A DNA stretch of 64,000 bases from Armatimonadota bacterium (GCA_037445735.1 JBBIJY010000011.1:32614-96613), one strand, 5' to 3'. Positions 1 through 10,921 are shown, counted from the first letter of the stretch. Made by a program: numbers and translations. The notes: a model not told the origin generated them from the letters alone.

Positions 1-1122
1 GTTAGTGTTGGACACAATCTCCACTTCCTGCGTGGTGGGTTCACCCTCTTTGAGGGTGAGGGTGAGCGTGTCGCTGGGGCGCACTTCGAAGGCGGTCTTG
101 ATGTTGGCGGTCAGGCGCAGGGTCAAACTCGGCTGGTCAGGGTCGTTGGTGGTGACCTGAATGGTTTTGATCTGGGCACCGCGGAAGCCAGCGGAGCGCA
201 GCTCGGCTTCGATCACACCCTCTTTTTTCGGCTCAATCACTCGATCGTAGTGGGGTGTGACGCAGCCGCAGCTGGGTTGCGCGGTGATCTGGAGCGGCGC
301 GTCGCCCTCGTTGCGCACCTTGAAGGTGAACTTGACCGTATCGCCCTGCACGATGTCGCCGAAGTCGTGTTCCGTCGGCTCAATCACGACCCTGGGTTTG
401 GGCAGGTAGAGCGCGACACGCCGACTGGCGTAATCGATCAGCTGACGCCGGATTTGCATCAGGTTGCGGGCGCGTTCCACCTCTTCCGGGGTGGGTGCCG
501 TGGGCAGCTGCTCGCTGTTCCACACGGGTCCCATAATCTCGGTGTCCTTCTGCGACTCTGCCAGCCCCAGATAGGTACCGATTGCCTGCCCGACCAGATG
601 GGCGACGGCTTTCGTCGTCTGGGGCATCTCGGTGTAGGGGATATAGGTGGCGATTCGGGCGCGCACGCGACGCTTCTCACCCTTCTGCGGGGGCAGCATC
701 AGGCGAGCCTTGCCATGCATCAGGCGGAACTGACCCGCCGTGATCTCCGCGACATCTTCCTCAAACACAATCTGAATATCGGCGTTCGCCTCGTCGTCTG
801 TCCACTCCAGTTTGGGGTTGCCGTTGAGGGCGGTGTTCCAGTTCTGCACCGCTTCGATAGCCGCCTGACGGAACGAGTCGCGCAGATCGGGCGGGATAGT
901 TGCCCAGCTGCCGTAGATGCGAATCGTGGCGGGCACATCGATGCCCTTGAGCAGGTTGAGCGCGCCGTCGAAATCGGAGCGCGTGAGCAGGTTCGCCGCC
1001 TGATAGAGCTGGTCGTTTTCGATCTTGATCGTGCCTTCGGGTGGCAGGGGCGCCTTCGGCGCGTTCTGGCTCCAGCCTGCACAGAGCAACATAAGTCCTG
1101 TCCAAAGCACGGCTCGTTTCAT
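1..1122 (-). CDS. Secreted protein with degenerate zincin-like region and C-terminal DUF1573/Ig-like domain (3' end runs off window)
   Basis: Not in ORF track. ATG at 1122 with GGAGG SD; translates MKRAVLWTGLMLLCAGWSQ (signal peptide) ... HDFGDIVQGDTVKFTFKVRNEGDAPLQITAQPSCGC..TNDPDQP, typical of DUF1573. Confidence 0.75.
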   Translation of the reverse strand, partial: MKRAVLWTGLMLLCAGWSQNAPKAPLPPEGTIKIENDQLYQAANLLTRSDFDGALNLLKGIDVPATIRIYGSWATIPPDLRDSFRQAAIEAVQNWNTALNGNPKLEWTDDEANADIQIVFEEDVAEITAGQFRLMHGKARLMLPPQKGEKRRVRARIATYIPYTEMPQTTKAVAHLVGQAIGTYLGLAESQKDTEIMGPVWNSEQLPTAPTPEEVERARNLMQIRRQLIDYASRRVALYLPKPRVVIEPTEHDFGDIVQGDTVKFTFKVRNEGDAPLQITAQPSCGCVTPHYDRVIEPKKEGVIEAELRSAGFRGAQIKTIQVTTNDPDQPSLTLRLTANIKTAFEVRPSDTLTLTLKEGEPTTQEVEIVSNTN

Positions 1123-1207
1123 CGTTTTACACCTCCTGTTCTGACGCATGGGATGATACCCGACCTATATTATAGCCGATTTCGCCCAGCAGGTATACTG
1201 TTCGCCG

Positions 1208-2143
1208 TTGGGTCAGGCGACAGTTTCGAAAGCGGAGGCACCCAGCACGGGGCTTTTCTTGGTGCTGATCGGGTTGAATGTGCTGTGGGCAGGGGCGTAT
1301 CCTGCGGCGCGCCTGGTGATGGAGACCCACCGTGCCGAGTGGGTCGCCGCGTTCCGTTTTCTCGGCGCGGCGCTGGGGCTGGGCGCGCTGCTGCTTATTC
1401 CCGCGTTCCGTCGGACGCTGGCGAATCGCTTCCCGACACGCCCGCGCGACTTCGCCTTTGCAGCAGCGCTGGGCGCGTTTGGCGTCAGCAGCTGCTTTAT
1501 CTGCTACTTCTGGGGCGCGAAGCTCAGCACGGCGACCGAAGCCACGATCCTGGTGTCCACCGCGCCGCTGTTCTATGCGCTGCTGGCGCGCTGGTGGCTC
1601 AAAGAACCATTCCCACTCGGCAAGGTGCTGGGCATCGGCACAGGGCTGCTGGGCGCGTGGGTGATAGTGAACCGCGGGCTGATTTTGCAGGAGTTTTCAG
1701 GGGCGACGCTGGGCAACCTGCTGGTGCTGATGGGCGTGCTGATTGAGAGCGTCGATGTGGTGCTGGCGAAGTCGCTGGTGAATCGCTATTCGGGCGTCGC
1801 GGTGCTGTGGATCGAATCGCTGTTTGCAGGGGTTTCGCTGACCCTGATTGGGCTGCGGGTGGCGGGTGTGCCGCCGCTCGAACTGTCGGCTGTGCAGGCG
1901 TGGGCGCTTCTGTATCTGATCGGCGTCTGCACGGTATTCGCCTTCTCCATCTGGTTCTATCTGATGGAGCGGGCGCCGATTGGCGGGATGGGCGTGTCGA
2001 TTCTGGCGCAGACGCCCGCCGCTGCCCTGATTGGCTACTTCCTGCTGGGCGAGACGCTCCATCCGACCGTGTGGGTGGGCGCGGCGTTAATCATGAGCGG
2101 CATCTGGCTCACGCTGAGGGCGCCGGGCTTTCGCGGGCGGTGA
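1208..2143 (+). CDS. DMT/EamA family transporter
   Basis: About 10 hydrophobic helices in two EamA repeats; LKEP and LLGE motifs. Confidence 0.85.
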   Translation: MGQATVSKAEAPSTGLFLVLIGLNVLWAGAYPAARLVMETHRAEWVAAFRFLGAALGLGALLLIPAFRRTLANRFPTRPRDFAFAAALGAFGVSSCFICYFWGAKLSTATEATILVSTAPLFYALLARWWLKEPFPLGKVLGIGTGLLGAWVIVNRGLILQEFSGATLGNLLVLMGVLIESVDVVLAKSLVNRYSGVAVLWIESLFAGVSLTLIGLRVAGVPPLELSAVQAWALLYLIGVCTVFAFSIWFYLMERAPIGGMGVSILAQTPAAALIGYFLLGETLHPTVWVGAALIMSGIWLTLRAPGFRGR

Positions 2144-2145
2144 AG

Positions 2146-2188
2146 GTAGGGCGACGCATGTGATAGAGCGGTAGAGCGTTGCCCCTAC
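2146..2188. repeat. REP-like GTAG...CTAC imperfect palindrome between convergent genes
   Basis: GTAGGGCGACGC...GCGTTGCCCCTAC, overlapping the psuG stop codon. Confidence 0.5.
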
Positions 2189-3060
2189 CTCAGCAGGGCG
2201 GCGATCTGCCCGGCGAGGTGCGCGTTCGCAATCAGCAGGGCGCGGTTCGCCTGCAGCGTGCGCCCCGCACTCAGTTCGCTCAGGCGCTGGAGCAGCCAGG
2301 GAGTCAGCTCGCCCCCACGAATGCCCTTCTGCCCGGCTTCCGCCTGCGCCTGCTGGAGCATCGCCTGCAGCTCGGCGGCATCGATGGCGCTGTCGGCGGG
2401 CGGCGGCTGAACGAGCAGCATGCCGCTCCCCAGCCCGATCGCCCGATGGCGCAGCCACAGCTCGGCTGCCTCCGAAGGGGTGTTGACCGTTGCGTCGACG
2501 GGCAGCCCTGTGTGGCGCGTGTAGAAGCCGGGCATCTCGTCGGTGTTGTAGCCCGCGACGGGCACGCCCAGCGTCTCCAGCATCTCGCGGGTGGCGGGCA
2601 GGTCCAAAATTGCCTTCGCGCCCGAACAGACCACCAGCATGGGCGTCCGGGCAAGCGTGAGCAGGTCCGCGCTCACATCCCAGCGTGCGTCGCGATGCAC
2701 GCCGCCGATGCCGCCCGTTGCCATCACCTGCAACGCGGGCACACGCGCCGCAATCAGCAGGGTTGCCGACACGGTGGTACCGCCTGTCCAGCCGAGCGCG
2801 ATGGTCAGCGACAGGTTATGGCGGGCGATTTTGCGGGCGTTCACCTCGCGGGCGAGCCGCTCCAGCTCCGCAAGGTTCAATCCCACAACGGGTGTGCCGT
2901 CCAGTACGCCGATGGTGGCGGGCGTCGCGCCTGCCGAGCGCACCGCCGACTCCATCGCCAGCACGGTTTCAAGATTGATGGGGCGGGGCAGCCCGTGGGT
3001 CAGCACGGCGGTCTCCAGCGCGACCGCACCTTTGCCCTCCACACGCACAGAAAGTTGCAT
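2185..3060 (-). CDS. psuG: Pseudouridine-5'-phosphate glycosidase
   Basis: VALETAVLTHGLP, GGTTVSAT, ATGGIGGVHR, DVSADL and GAKAILD motifs; start placed at ATG 3060. Confidence 0.92.
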   Translation of the reverse strand: MQLSVRVEGKGAVALETAVLTHGLPRPINLETVLAMESAVRSAGATPATIGVLDGTPVVGLNLAELERLAREVNARKIARHNLSLTIALGWTGGTTVSATLLIAARVPALQVMATGGIGGVHRDARWDVSADLLTLARTPMLVVCSGAKAILDLPATREMLETLGVPVAGYNTDEMPGFYTRHTGLPVDATVNTPSEAAELWLRHRAIGLGSGMLLVQPPPADSAIDAAELQAMLQQAQAEAGQKGIRGGELTPWLLQRLSELSAGRTLQANRALLIANAHLAGQIAALLR

Positions 3061-3070
3061 GGCAGCGGCT

Positions 3071-4075
3071 CTACTGGCTGGCTTTGCTGATGGCGTCCAT
3101 CTCTTCGAGGGCGCGTCCAGTGCCAATCGCGACGCAGGAGAGCGGGTCTTCCGCCACAAGCACGGGGATACCCGTCGCGCGGGAGAGCAGTTGATCGATG
3201 CCGCGCAGCAGCGCGCCCCCGCCCGTCAGCACGATCCCGCGCTCCACAATATCGGCTGCCAGTTCGGGCGGGGTCTCCTCCAGCACGGAGCGCACCTTCT
3301 CCACAATCTGGTTCACTGGCTCGGCAAGCGCGGCGCGAATCTCCTCGGAATGAACCGTGATGGTGCGGGGTAAGCCCTCCACCAGGTCGCGCCCGCGCAC
3401 CTCCATCGTCAGCTCCGGCTCCAGCGGATAGGCGGAGCCAATACGGATTTTAATCTCTTCTGCCGTGCGCTCACCAATCATTAAGTTGTAAGCGGTGCGC
3501 ACATGGCGCATGATAGCTTCATCCATCTTGTTGCCCGCCACGCGCAAACTGCGACTGATAACGATTCCGCCCAGTGAGATGACGGCAATATCGGTGGTGC
3601 CACCGCCGATGTCGACCACCATGTTGCCGCCGGGCTGGCTGATGGGCAGTCCTGCGCCAATGGCGGCTGCCATCGGCTCTTCAATCAGGTGGACCTCACC
3701 TGCGCCCGCTTCGCGGGCTGCCTGAATGACGGCGCGACGCTCCACATCGGTGACGCCGGAGGGCACGCACACCAGCACACGCGGGCTGAACAGCCGCCGC
3801 TTGCCCAGCACCTTATCGAACACATACTCCAGCATCTTGAGCGTGATGGTGTAGTCGGCAATCACGCCGTTATTGAGCGGGCGTACGGCGGTGATGTTGC
3901 CCGGCGTGCGCCCCAGCATCAGGCGTGCTTCCTCACCGACCGCCAGCACCCGCCCCGATGGCTGGGCAATCGCCACCACCGACGGCTCACGCAGCACGAT
4001 GCCCCGACCCCGCTGATAGACCAGCAGGTTCGCCGTGCCCAGATCGATGCCCAGTTCCGGATGCAGCCTCAGCAT
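3071..4075 (-). CDS. mreB: Rod shape-determining actin-like protein MreB/Mbl
   Basis: [33 protein letters not shown] and LTGGGALL motifs. Confidence 0.95.
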   Translation of the reverse strand: MLRLHPELGIDLGTANLLVYQRGRGIVLREPSVVAIAQPSGRVLAVGEEARLMLGRTPGNITAVRPLNNGVIADYTITLKMLEYVFDKVLGKRRLFSPRVLVCVPSGVTDVERRAVIQAAREAGAGEVHLIEEPMAAAIGAGLPISQPGGNMVVDIGGGTTDIAVISLGGIVISRSLRVAGNKMDEAIMRHVRTAYNLMIGERTAEEIKIRIGSAYPLEPELTMEVRGRDLVEGLPRTITVHSEEIRAALAEPVNQIVEKVRSVLEETPPELAADIVERGIVLTGGGALLRGIDQLLSRATGIPVLVAEDPLSCVAIGTGRALEEMDAISKASQ

Positions 4076-4228
4076 GATAGATTGGCTCTCGATTCAATCC
4101 CAACAATCGCGCTTCACAAGTATACCCCCTCCACAAAGGTGCAGGGGAGACACGGGTGTTGCATTTTTCTGCAAATTTCTGAAATTCGCGCCGTTTCGGT
4201 GCATAATGAAGGTATGGAGGTCAACACC

Positions 4229-6256
4229 ATGCGATACACGGTGCTTGTGGGGATTCTCGGATGGCTGGCTCTGACACTCGCCAGCCCTGTTATTGCGCAA
4301 CCGTTCACCTATCAGGGCGTCCTCAAACAGAACGGACAGCCCGTGAACGGCACGCTCAGCATCAGCTTCAAACTCTTCACCGCGCTCACAGGCGGCTCCC
4401 AGGTGGGGAGTACGATTACCCAGAATGTGAATGTGCAAAACGGGTTGTTTACCGTGCAACTGGACTTCGGAAATGTGTGGGACGGTTCCGACCGCTATCT
4501 GGAGATTAGCGTTGGTTCCACCCCGCTCTCGCCCCGTGTGAAAATCAACCCTGCTCCGTATGCCATTTATGCAGGAACCGCCTTCTTCGCCCAGCGTCCG
4601 TGGCAGACTTCGGGGAGCAATATCTTCTACAACTCTGGCAATGTTGGGATTGGCACGAGCAGTCCGTCGGTGCGCCTGTCGCTTGGGGGCGATAACGCCA
4701 ACACCAAGCTCGCGATATGGGACGGCGGCACATCCGGCGTGATGGGCTTTGGCGTGGGACCCTCCCAGTTTCGCATTCATCTGCCCAGACCCAGCGACCG
4801 CTTCTCGTTTCTGGACGCGCCGAATGGGAATGAAATCGTAACCATTCGGGGCAGCGGGAATGTGGGGATAGGTATCACCAGCCCCAGCGAGCGTCTGCAT
4901 GTCAACGGCAATATTCGCCTTGCGGATGACGGCAGTATCTTCGGGCTGGATCAGCTGGTGGGCTTCAACGACCTGCGCCTGTATGGCGATGCGACAGGCG
5001 GTCCCGATGTCTACATCGCTGCGAACGGCAATGTCGGGATAGGCGCGAGCAACCCGGAATATGTGCTGGATGTTCGCACCGACACGAACAGCAGGGCGAT
5101 TTTTGCACGGAACGCTGCCGATGGGGGAATCGCTCTGGCTGCCTTAGCAGCGGCGACCACAGGTCGGAACTATGGCGTTATAGGACAAACTAATAGCTCC
5201 TCCGACGGCATAGGCGTAGTTGGCATCGCGGTATCGACCACTGGGCAGAACTATGGCATTGTGGGACAGAGCAACAGCCCCAGCGGCTACGCGGGCTACT
5301 TCGTAGGGCGAGGGCATTTTTCCGATCGGCTCGGCGTTGGAACCGAAACGCCAGAAGCACTGCTGCATGTGAGCGGCGGCAACGCCTTCTTCACGAACAA
5401 TAACACCACGCTCCAGGTGCTGCCTGGCAACCTGCTGGGGCAGAGCCAGGCGAACGCCGCCACGCTGGAGATCCCAGGCGACGGCACAATCGGCGTGTGG
5501 GATAACATGACCGTCTCGGGTACGCTGCGCGCCTATGGCAACCTGCATGTCGGGGGCAACACCTTTACGCTCGGAGGCAGCACAGACCCGAACTGGAGTC
5601 GCGTGCTGGCCCGGGTTGAGGGTGCGGGCAGCGGGTCGTATGTCGGGGTCGTCGAGACTTTAGGAGCAAACGGCAGTCTTAATGCACGCATGACTTGGAC
5701 GAGTGGCTACCCGAACCACGGCGCTGTAGGTGTGTATGACAGTAGCGGTACTGCGAAGGCTGGAATCTATGTCAACAGCAACGGCGACGGGGTTCTCTTC
5801 ACAACTCAGAAAAGCTTCCGCGAGCCAGACCCTGACGACCCCACGCGCGACATCTGGTACGGCTGTATCGAAGGTCCCGAACTCGCGATGTATGTGCGCG
5901 GCACGGCGCGACTGGTCAACGGGCGCGCCCGCATCGAACTGCCCGACCACTTCCGCAAACTCGCCGACGAACAGGGCATGACCGTGCAGCTGACCCCACG
6001 CTCCGCCGAATCGCGCGGGTTAGCCGCTGTGCGTGTGAGCTTAGATGGGATTGAGGTTGTAGAACTGCTGAACGGGCGCGGCAACTACGAGTTTGACTGG
6101 GAAGTGAAAGCCGTGCGCAAAGACCATCGCGACTTTCGGGTGTACCGCCCGTGGGATGAAGTCCTGACCGCAGGCGAAGACCCTGCGCAGGCGTGGGAAG
6201 CGCGCCTGAAGTCCATCGAAGACCGCAAAGCCCGACAGCGGGAAATCAACCGATAA
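4229..6256 (+). CDS. Secreted tail-fibre/adhesin-like beta-repeat protein
   Basis: GGAGG SD then ATG 4229; signal peptide; FTYQGVL N-terminal domain; repeated GNVGIG motifs; Gly/Asn/Ser-rich. Confidence 0.65.
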   Translation: MRYTVLVGILGWLALTLASPVIAQPFTYQGVLKQNGQPVNGTLSISFKLFTALTGGSQVGSTITQNVNVQNGLFTVQLDFGNVWDGSDRYLEISVGSTPLSPRVKINPAPYAIYAGTAFFAQRPWQTSGSNIFYNSGNVGIGTSSPSVRLSLGGDNANTKLAIWDGGTSGVMGFGVGPSQFRIHLPRPSDRFSFLDAPNGNEIVTIRGSGNVGIGITSPSERLHVNGNIRLADDGSIFGLDQLVGFNDLRLYGDATGGPDVYIAANGNVGIGASNPEYVLDVRTDTNSRAIFARNAADGGIALAALAAATTGRNYGVIGQTNSSSDGIGVVGIAVSTTGQNYGIVGQSNSPSGYAGYFVGRGHFSDRLGVGTETPEALLHVSGGNAFFTNNNTTLQVLPGNLLGQSQANAATLEIPGDGTIGVWDNMTVSGTLRAYGNLHVGGNTFTLGGSTDPNWSRVLARVEGAGSGSYVGVVETLGANGSLNARMTWTSGYPNHGAVGVYDSSGTAKAGIYVNSNGDGVLFTTQKSFREPDPDDPTRDIWYGCIEGPELAMYVRGTARLVNGRARIELPDHFRKLADEQGMTVQLTPRSAESRGLAAVRVSLDGIEVVELLNGRGNYEFDWEVKAVRKDHRDFRVYRPWDEVLTAGEDPAQAWEARLKSIEDRKARQREINR

Positions 6257-6272
6257 AACGCTCAGCGGAACC

Positions 6273-6304
6273 GGAGAGAGGGTTTTGAGCGAGACCCTCT
6301 CTCC
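6273..6304. terminator. Hairpin (GGAGAGAGGGT/ACCCTCTCTCC); likely terminator or palindromic repeat copy
   Basis: 11-bp inverted repeat right after the 6256 stop codon. Confidence 0.5.
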
Positions 6305-6370
6305 AACCCCGATTGTTAGCAGCAGTGAAACGCCAGGTGGTACAATCCGTCTACAGGAACGGAGGCGCTT

Positions 6371-7630
6371 ATGAAAAATGGATGGATGGGTCTGGCGGGA
6401 CTGCTGCTGCTTGCTGGCTGCGGCACGACGAGCGTCAGCACACAGGACTCCCAGCAGCGCGACACCCGGCGGAACACGACGGAGACCAGAATGCCGATTG
6501 ATGCCAACAGCGTACAGGCGAATCTGAAGTTCGGGTTCCAGCTCTTGCATGAGCTGGACAAGCGACGGGAGCAGCCGAACCTGTTCTTTTCGCCCCTGAG
6601 CGCGTCGCTCGCCCTCTCGATGGTGCTGAACGGCGCACGCGGCGAGACCGCTCGCCAGATGAGCGAGGCGCTGGGCTACGGCGAGTCATCCCTCGAAGCG
6701 ATTAACACCCGCAACGCGCTCCTGTTGCAGCTGTTGCGCGCGCCGGACCCCAGAGTGGAGGTGCAGATTGCGAACTCACTCTGGGTTCAGCAGGGCTTCT
6801 CGCTGCTGCCGAGCTTCACCAGCGCGTGCCAGCGCTTCTACGCGGCGGAAGTGGACAGCGTCGATTTCGTTCAACAGCGTGAGGCAGCCGCCGGGCGCAT
6901 CAACGGCTGGGTGAAGGAGACCACGAAGGGGCTGATCGAAGAGCTGTTCAAGCCGGACGCTTTCGATGAGCGCACGCGCCTCGTGGTGGTCAACACGCTC
7001 TACTTCAAAGGCAGGTGGCAGACGCCCTTCAATAAGGAGGCGACGAGCGAGCAGGAGTTCTTCACGGCGGACGGCAAGCCGAAGCGCGTGCCGATGATGC
7101 GTCAGTCGGGCAAGTTTGCCTACCTGAAGGGCGACGGCTTTCAGGCGGTGGCGCTGCCCTACGGTGAGGGTCAGCTCAGCTTCTATCTGTTCCTGCCCGA
7201 TGAAGGTCGCTCGCTGGACAACTGGCTGCAATCGCTCACGCCTGACCGCTGGAACGAGTGGCTCAAAGGCTTCAAGCCGATGGAGGGCGATGTGGGGCTG
7301 CCCCGCTTCCGCCTCGAGGCGACCTATGTGCTGAAGGAGCCGCTGCAGGCGATGGGCATGACCGACGCCTTCGATGCCGATAAAGCCGACCTCAGCGGGA
7401 TAGCGCCGCCCACCGACGGGCGCCTGTTCATCTCCAAAGCGTTGCAGAAAGCGATTGTGGAGGTGAACGAGGAGGGCACTAAAGCGGCGGCGGCGACAGG
7501 CGTGGTGGTCGGCATCACCGCCTACAATCCCAACCGCTTCACGCTGATTGCGAACCGCCCCTTCTTCTTCGCCATTCGGCACAACCCGACCGGCGCGGTG
7601 CTGTTTCTGGGCGTGGTGCGCGACCCGTAA
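6371..7630 (+). CDS. Serpin family lipoprotein
   Basis: Lipobox LLAGC; NLFFSPLS, NTLYFKGRW, hinge EVNEEGTKAAAAT, ANRPFFF. Confidence 0.95.
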   Translation: MKNGWMGLAGLLLLAGCGTTSVSTQDSQQRDTRRNTTETRMPIDANSVQANLKFGFQLLHELDKRREQPNLFFSPLSASLALSMVLNGARGETARQMSEALGYGESSLEAINTRNALLLQLLRAPDPRVEVQIANSLWVQQGFSLLPSFTSACQRFYAAEVDSVDFVQQREAAAGRINGWVKETTKGLIEELFKPDAFDERTRLVVVNTLYFKGRWQTPFNKEATSEQEFFTADGKPKRVPMMRQSGKFAYLKGDGFQAVALPYGEGQLSFYLFLPDEGRSLDNWLQSLTPDRWNEWLKGFKPMEGDVGLPRFRLEATYVLKEPLQAMGMTDAFDADKADLSGIAPPTDGRLFISKALQKAIVEVNEEGTKAAAATGVVVGITAYNPNRFTLIANRPFFFAIRHNPTGAVLFLGVVRDP

Positions 7631-7681
7631 GCGGGGCTGGCTTGCACGGCGGGGAGCGATTCTCTCCCCGCTGTCAGAGTT

Positions 7682-8473
7682 TCAGCGGATGTCCCACTGG
7701 TTGTCGCCAGGCGAGCGGTAGGTCTGGGCAAAGCGCACATGGCGGGCGTGCCCATCCGCATAGATTGCCAGCGTGCCACCCTGATAGCGCGTTTTGGCGA
7801 TTTGCTGATCCCAATCGCTGCAACGCTGGTTGGGGAACAGCGAGCATGGCGGTACCGCGCGACCCTGCGACCAGTGATACGGGTCGCTGGCGTCGGTGGT
7901 CTCCGCCCATGGGTCCAGACACATATCGAAGAACTCCGAGACCCAGAACGGGTCGTTCGGGTTGTCGATGGGCAGTGGGTCGGGCGGGCTGATGCCCGTG
8001 ATGCGTACCCACGGGTCGCCGCGCAGAATGGCGTAGATGGTGCTGCCCGGTCGCGCAACCTCCGCCAGCGCGCGGGGCACACCCGTGAAAAGCCCGTTCC
8101 CGCTGAACGAACCCCACATCGCCGGCACGCTCCGATCCGGGTCGGACGGATCCCACCATATATTCTGCTTGTTGCGCAGCCCCCGATCGGTCTTAATGTA
8201 CGGTTCCAGCGCGGCTTCATAGTTGTGGATTGCCCAGTAGTTCACGGTGCTGGGCACGCCGTTCACAATCGCCATCGTCATCGGGTAGCGTTCATCATAA
8301 TCGTGGAGATACATGGTAACCGCCAGCCCGATCTGGCGCATATTGGACAGGCACTGCATCTGCCGCGCCTTCACCCGAACCTGCGCCAGCACCGGGAACA
8401 GGATCGCCGCCAGGATGGCGATTATCGCTATCACGACCAGCAACTCGATCAGTGTGAACGCTCGCCTGGTCAT
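7682..8473 (-). CDS. Prepilin-type N-terminal cleavage/methylation domain protein (DUF1559-like)
   Basis: [40 protein letters not shown]-terminal YADGH. Confidence 0.9.
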   Translation of the reverse strand: MTRRAFTLIELLVVIAIIAILAAILFPVLAQVRVKARQMQCLSNMRQIGLAVTMYLHDYDERYPMTMAIVNGVPSTVNYWAIHNYEAALEPYIKTDRGLRNKQNIWWDPSDPDRSVPAMWGSFSGNGLFTGVPRALAEVARPGSTIYAILRGDPWVRITGISPPDPLPIDNPNDPFWVSEFFDMCLDPWAETTDASDPYHWSQGRAVPPCSLFPNQRCSDWDQQIAKTRYQGGTLAIYADGHARHVRFAQTYRSPGDNQWDIR

Positions 8474-8523
8474 CGATGCGTCCCTCCTGCGAATATCGAC
8501 ATTGCGACCCGCTTTGCCTGAAA

Positions 8524-8569
8524 TTTAACCATGCTTAAAACTATAGCATGCCCGTCTCCTGAAATGCAA
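8524..8569 (-). promoter_or_regulatory. Sigma70-like promoter (TTGCAT-N18-TATAGT) with adjacent 16-bp near-palindromic operator
   Basis: -35 at 8564-8569, -10 at 8540-8545, TTTAACCATGCTTAAA at 8524-8539. Confidence 0.5.
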
Positions 8570-8679
8570 CCCCCTGTCACTTCTGAATAGAGGGGGTATT
8601 GTGGGTACTCTGCAGTTTGGCGCGCCCATCAGGCAGGTGCTGAAGAGGTATTCTTATAAATGGGGGGTGTGCAGGAGCG

Positions 8680-10920
8680 GTGATTCAATCAGAGATGGCG
8701 ACGCTGGAGTTTGAGCTACCCGAACAGGTCGAAGCGCTGGTGGAGAAGGTGCGCGACTATCTGCCTGGCGCCGATACTTCGCGCATCGTGAACGCCTATC
8801 TGTTCGCTGAAGAGCGCCATCACGGGCAGTACCGCAAAAACGGTGAACCCTACATTATGCATCCGCTCGCTGTCGCGCATATTCTGGCTGATTTGCAGCT
8901 GGGGGTCAACACCATCACGGCAGGGCTGCTGCACGATGTGCTGGAGGACACCGCCACCACGCCCGACGAGCTGGAACAGCAGTTCGGCGCGACTGTGCGA
9001 AAGCTGGTGGAGGGCGTCACCAAGTTGCACCATTCGGAGCGGCAGTTCGAAATCTTCTCGGAAGCCGATCGGCGCCAGCTGAGCCTGCGCAAGACGGCGG
9101 AGAACCTGCGCCGCCTGCTGATGGCGGTCGCCGATGACCTGCGCGTGATGATTATCAAGCTGGCTGACCGCCTGCACAACATGCAGACGCTCGACGCCCT
9201 CCCACCCGATAAACAGCTCCAGATTGCCACCGAAACCCTGCATGTCTACTCGCCGCTGGCACATCGGCTCGGCATCTGGCAGATTAAATCGCAACTGGAC
9301 GACCTCGCTTTCAAATATCTCTATCCCAAGGAGTATGAAGAGTTGAGCCAGCAGGTGGCGCGCACGCGCGAGGAGCGACAGGCGGAGGTGCGCGAGCTGA
9401 TCCGTACCCTCAAAGACTATCTCTGGGAGCGGGGCATCCGCGCCGAAGTGACGGGACGCCCCAAACATCTCTGGAGCATCTTCAACAAAATGAAACAGCA
9501 ACAGATCGACTTCGACCAGATTTACGATCTGATTGCCCTGCGCGTGCTGGTGGATACTGTTGAAGAGTGCTACCTCGCGCTGGGGATGGTGCATACGCTC
9601 TGGACGCCGCTGCCCGCCCTCTTCGCCGACTATATCGCCGCGCCCAAGCCGAACGGCTACCGCTCCCTGCACACCAAAGTGATTGGTCCTGCCGGGCGAC
9701 CGCTGGAGATTCAAATCCGCACCTGGGATATGCACCAGATTGCCGAGTACGGCGTGGCGGCGCACTGGCGCTATAAGGAGGGCGAGGACCTGCGCTCGTC
9801 CGACCAGAAGCCCCTGCAGCTGCCCCATCTGCAGACCCAGCTGCGCGACCTGACCAACCTGCGCAGTAATCTGGAGTTTATCGCCAGCGTGCTACGCGAT
9901 ATTACCTCCGACGAGGTGCTGGTGCTGACGCCCAAAGGCGACCTGATCGATCTGCCAGCGGGTTCCACGCCCATCGACTTCGCCTACCGGATCCATACGG
10001 AGGTGGGTCATCGGTGCGTGGGGGCGCGGGTCAACGGGCGGATTGTGCCGCTGGACTACCAGCTGCGCACGGGCGATATGGTGGAGATTCTCACGCGCCC
10101 GAACGCCCAACCCAGCTATGACTGGCTGGGCATCGTGCGCACCTCGAGCGCCCGCAGCAAGATTCGCGCCTATTTTCGCACGCAGCGTCGGGCGGAGTTC
10201 GCGGCGCAGGGGCGCGCCCTGCTGGAGCGCGAGCTGGAGCGACAGGGCATCGACCGCGCCCGCTTCACCGAACAGCTCCCGACCCTGCTCCAGCGCATGA
10301 ACCTGCGCACCGAAGAAGACCTCTACGCCAGCATCGGCGAGGGGCTGCACAGCGTGCAGGCGGTCATCCAGCGTCTGCGCACCCAGACCGATCTCAAGCC
10401 GTCGCCGCAACCCGCCCCGACCACCGTTTCGCCCCGTCGCGAGATTCGCGCGATGCAGATTGAAGATGCCGACGGCTACATGACCCGCCGCGCCGCCTGC
10501 TGCCATCCCCTGCCCGGCGATGAACTGCTGGGCTACATCTCGCGCGGACGCGGCATCATCGTCCATCGCGCCACCTGCCCCAACCTGCGCGCCCTCGAAG
10601 AGAAGGAACCCGAACGCATCATGACCATCGAGTGGGTGCCCCGCGAGTCGAAAAAGGAGCTGCAAACCTATCCGGCGGGCATCAGCATCGAGGCGACCGA
10701 CCGCGTGGGTGTGCTGGCGGACATCACCGCTATCTTGAGCGGGCAGGGCATCAACATCTCCGATGTGCGCGTGCGCCGCTCCGATAAGAACACCGCCCTC
10801 ATCGATATGGTGCTGGAGGTGCGCGACGCGACGGAACTGCGCACCGTCTTGCAGAAACTGCACTCCATAGAGGATATTATCGCCATCTATCGAACAGGTG
10901 GGCGCGGACGGGCAAACTGA
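8680..10920 (+). CDS. relA: Bifunctional (p)ppGpp synthetase/hydrolase Rel (HD, synthetase, TGS, ACT)
   Basis: [47 protein letters not shown] and C-terminal ACT domain. Confidence 0.96.
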   Translation: MIQSEMATLEFELPEQVEALVEKVRDYLPGADTSRIVNAYLFAEERHHGQYRKNGEPYIMHPLAVAHILADLQLGVNTITAGLLHDVLEDTATTPDELEQQFGATVRKLVEGVTKLHHSERQFEIFSEADRRQLSLRKTAENLRRLLMAVADDLRVMIIKLADRLHNMQTLDALPPDKQLQIATETLHVYSPLAHRLGIWQIKSQLDDLAFKYLYPKEYEELSQQVARTREERQAEVRELIRTLKDYLWERGIRAEVTGRPKHLWSIFNKMKQQQIDFDQIYDLIALRVLVDTVEECYLALGMVHTLWTPLPALFADYIAAPKPNGYRSLHTKVIGPAGRPLEIQIRTWDMHQIAEYGVAAHWRYKEGEDLRSSDQKPLQLPHLQTQLRDLTNLRSNLEFIASVLRDITSDEVLVLTPKGDLIDLPAGSTPIDFAYRIHTEVGHRCVGARVNGRIVPLDYQLRTGDMVEILTRPNAQPSYDWLGIVRTSSARSKIRAYFRTQRRAEFAAQGRALLERELERQGIDRARFTEQLPTLLQRMNLRTEEDLYASIGEGLHSVQAVIQRLRTQTDLKPSPQPAPTTVSPRREIRAMQIEDADGYMTRRAACCHPLPGDELLGYISRGRGIIVHRATCPNLRALEEKEPERIMTIEWVPRESKKELQTYPAGISIEATDRVGVLADITAILSGQGINISDVRVRRSDKNTALIDMVLEVRDATELRTVLQKLHSIEDIIAIYRTGGRGRAN

Positions 10921-10921
10921 G

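Noticed and set aside
250-1746. 498-aa plus-strand ORF
   Set aside because: Antisense and alternate-frame shadow of the 1-1122 gene and the EamA gene; no motifs
3689-4228. N-terminal extension of the 855-aa ORF
   Set aside because: Antisense to mreB; the real start is at 4229 with SD and signal peptide
4229-6256. Prophage
   Set aside because: The fibre-like gene has a signal peptide, and no integrase, capsid or terminase genes are nearby
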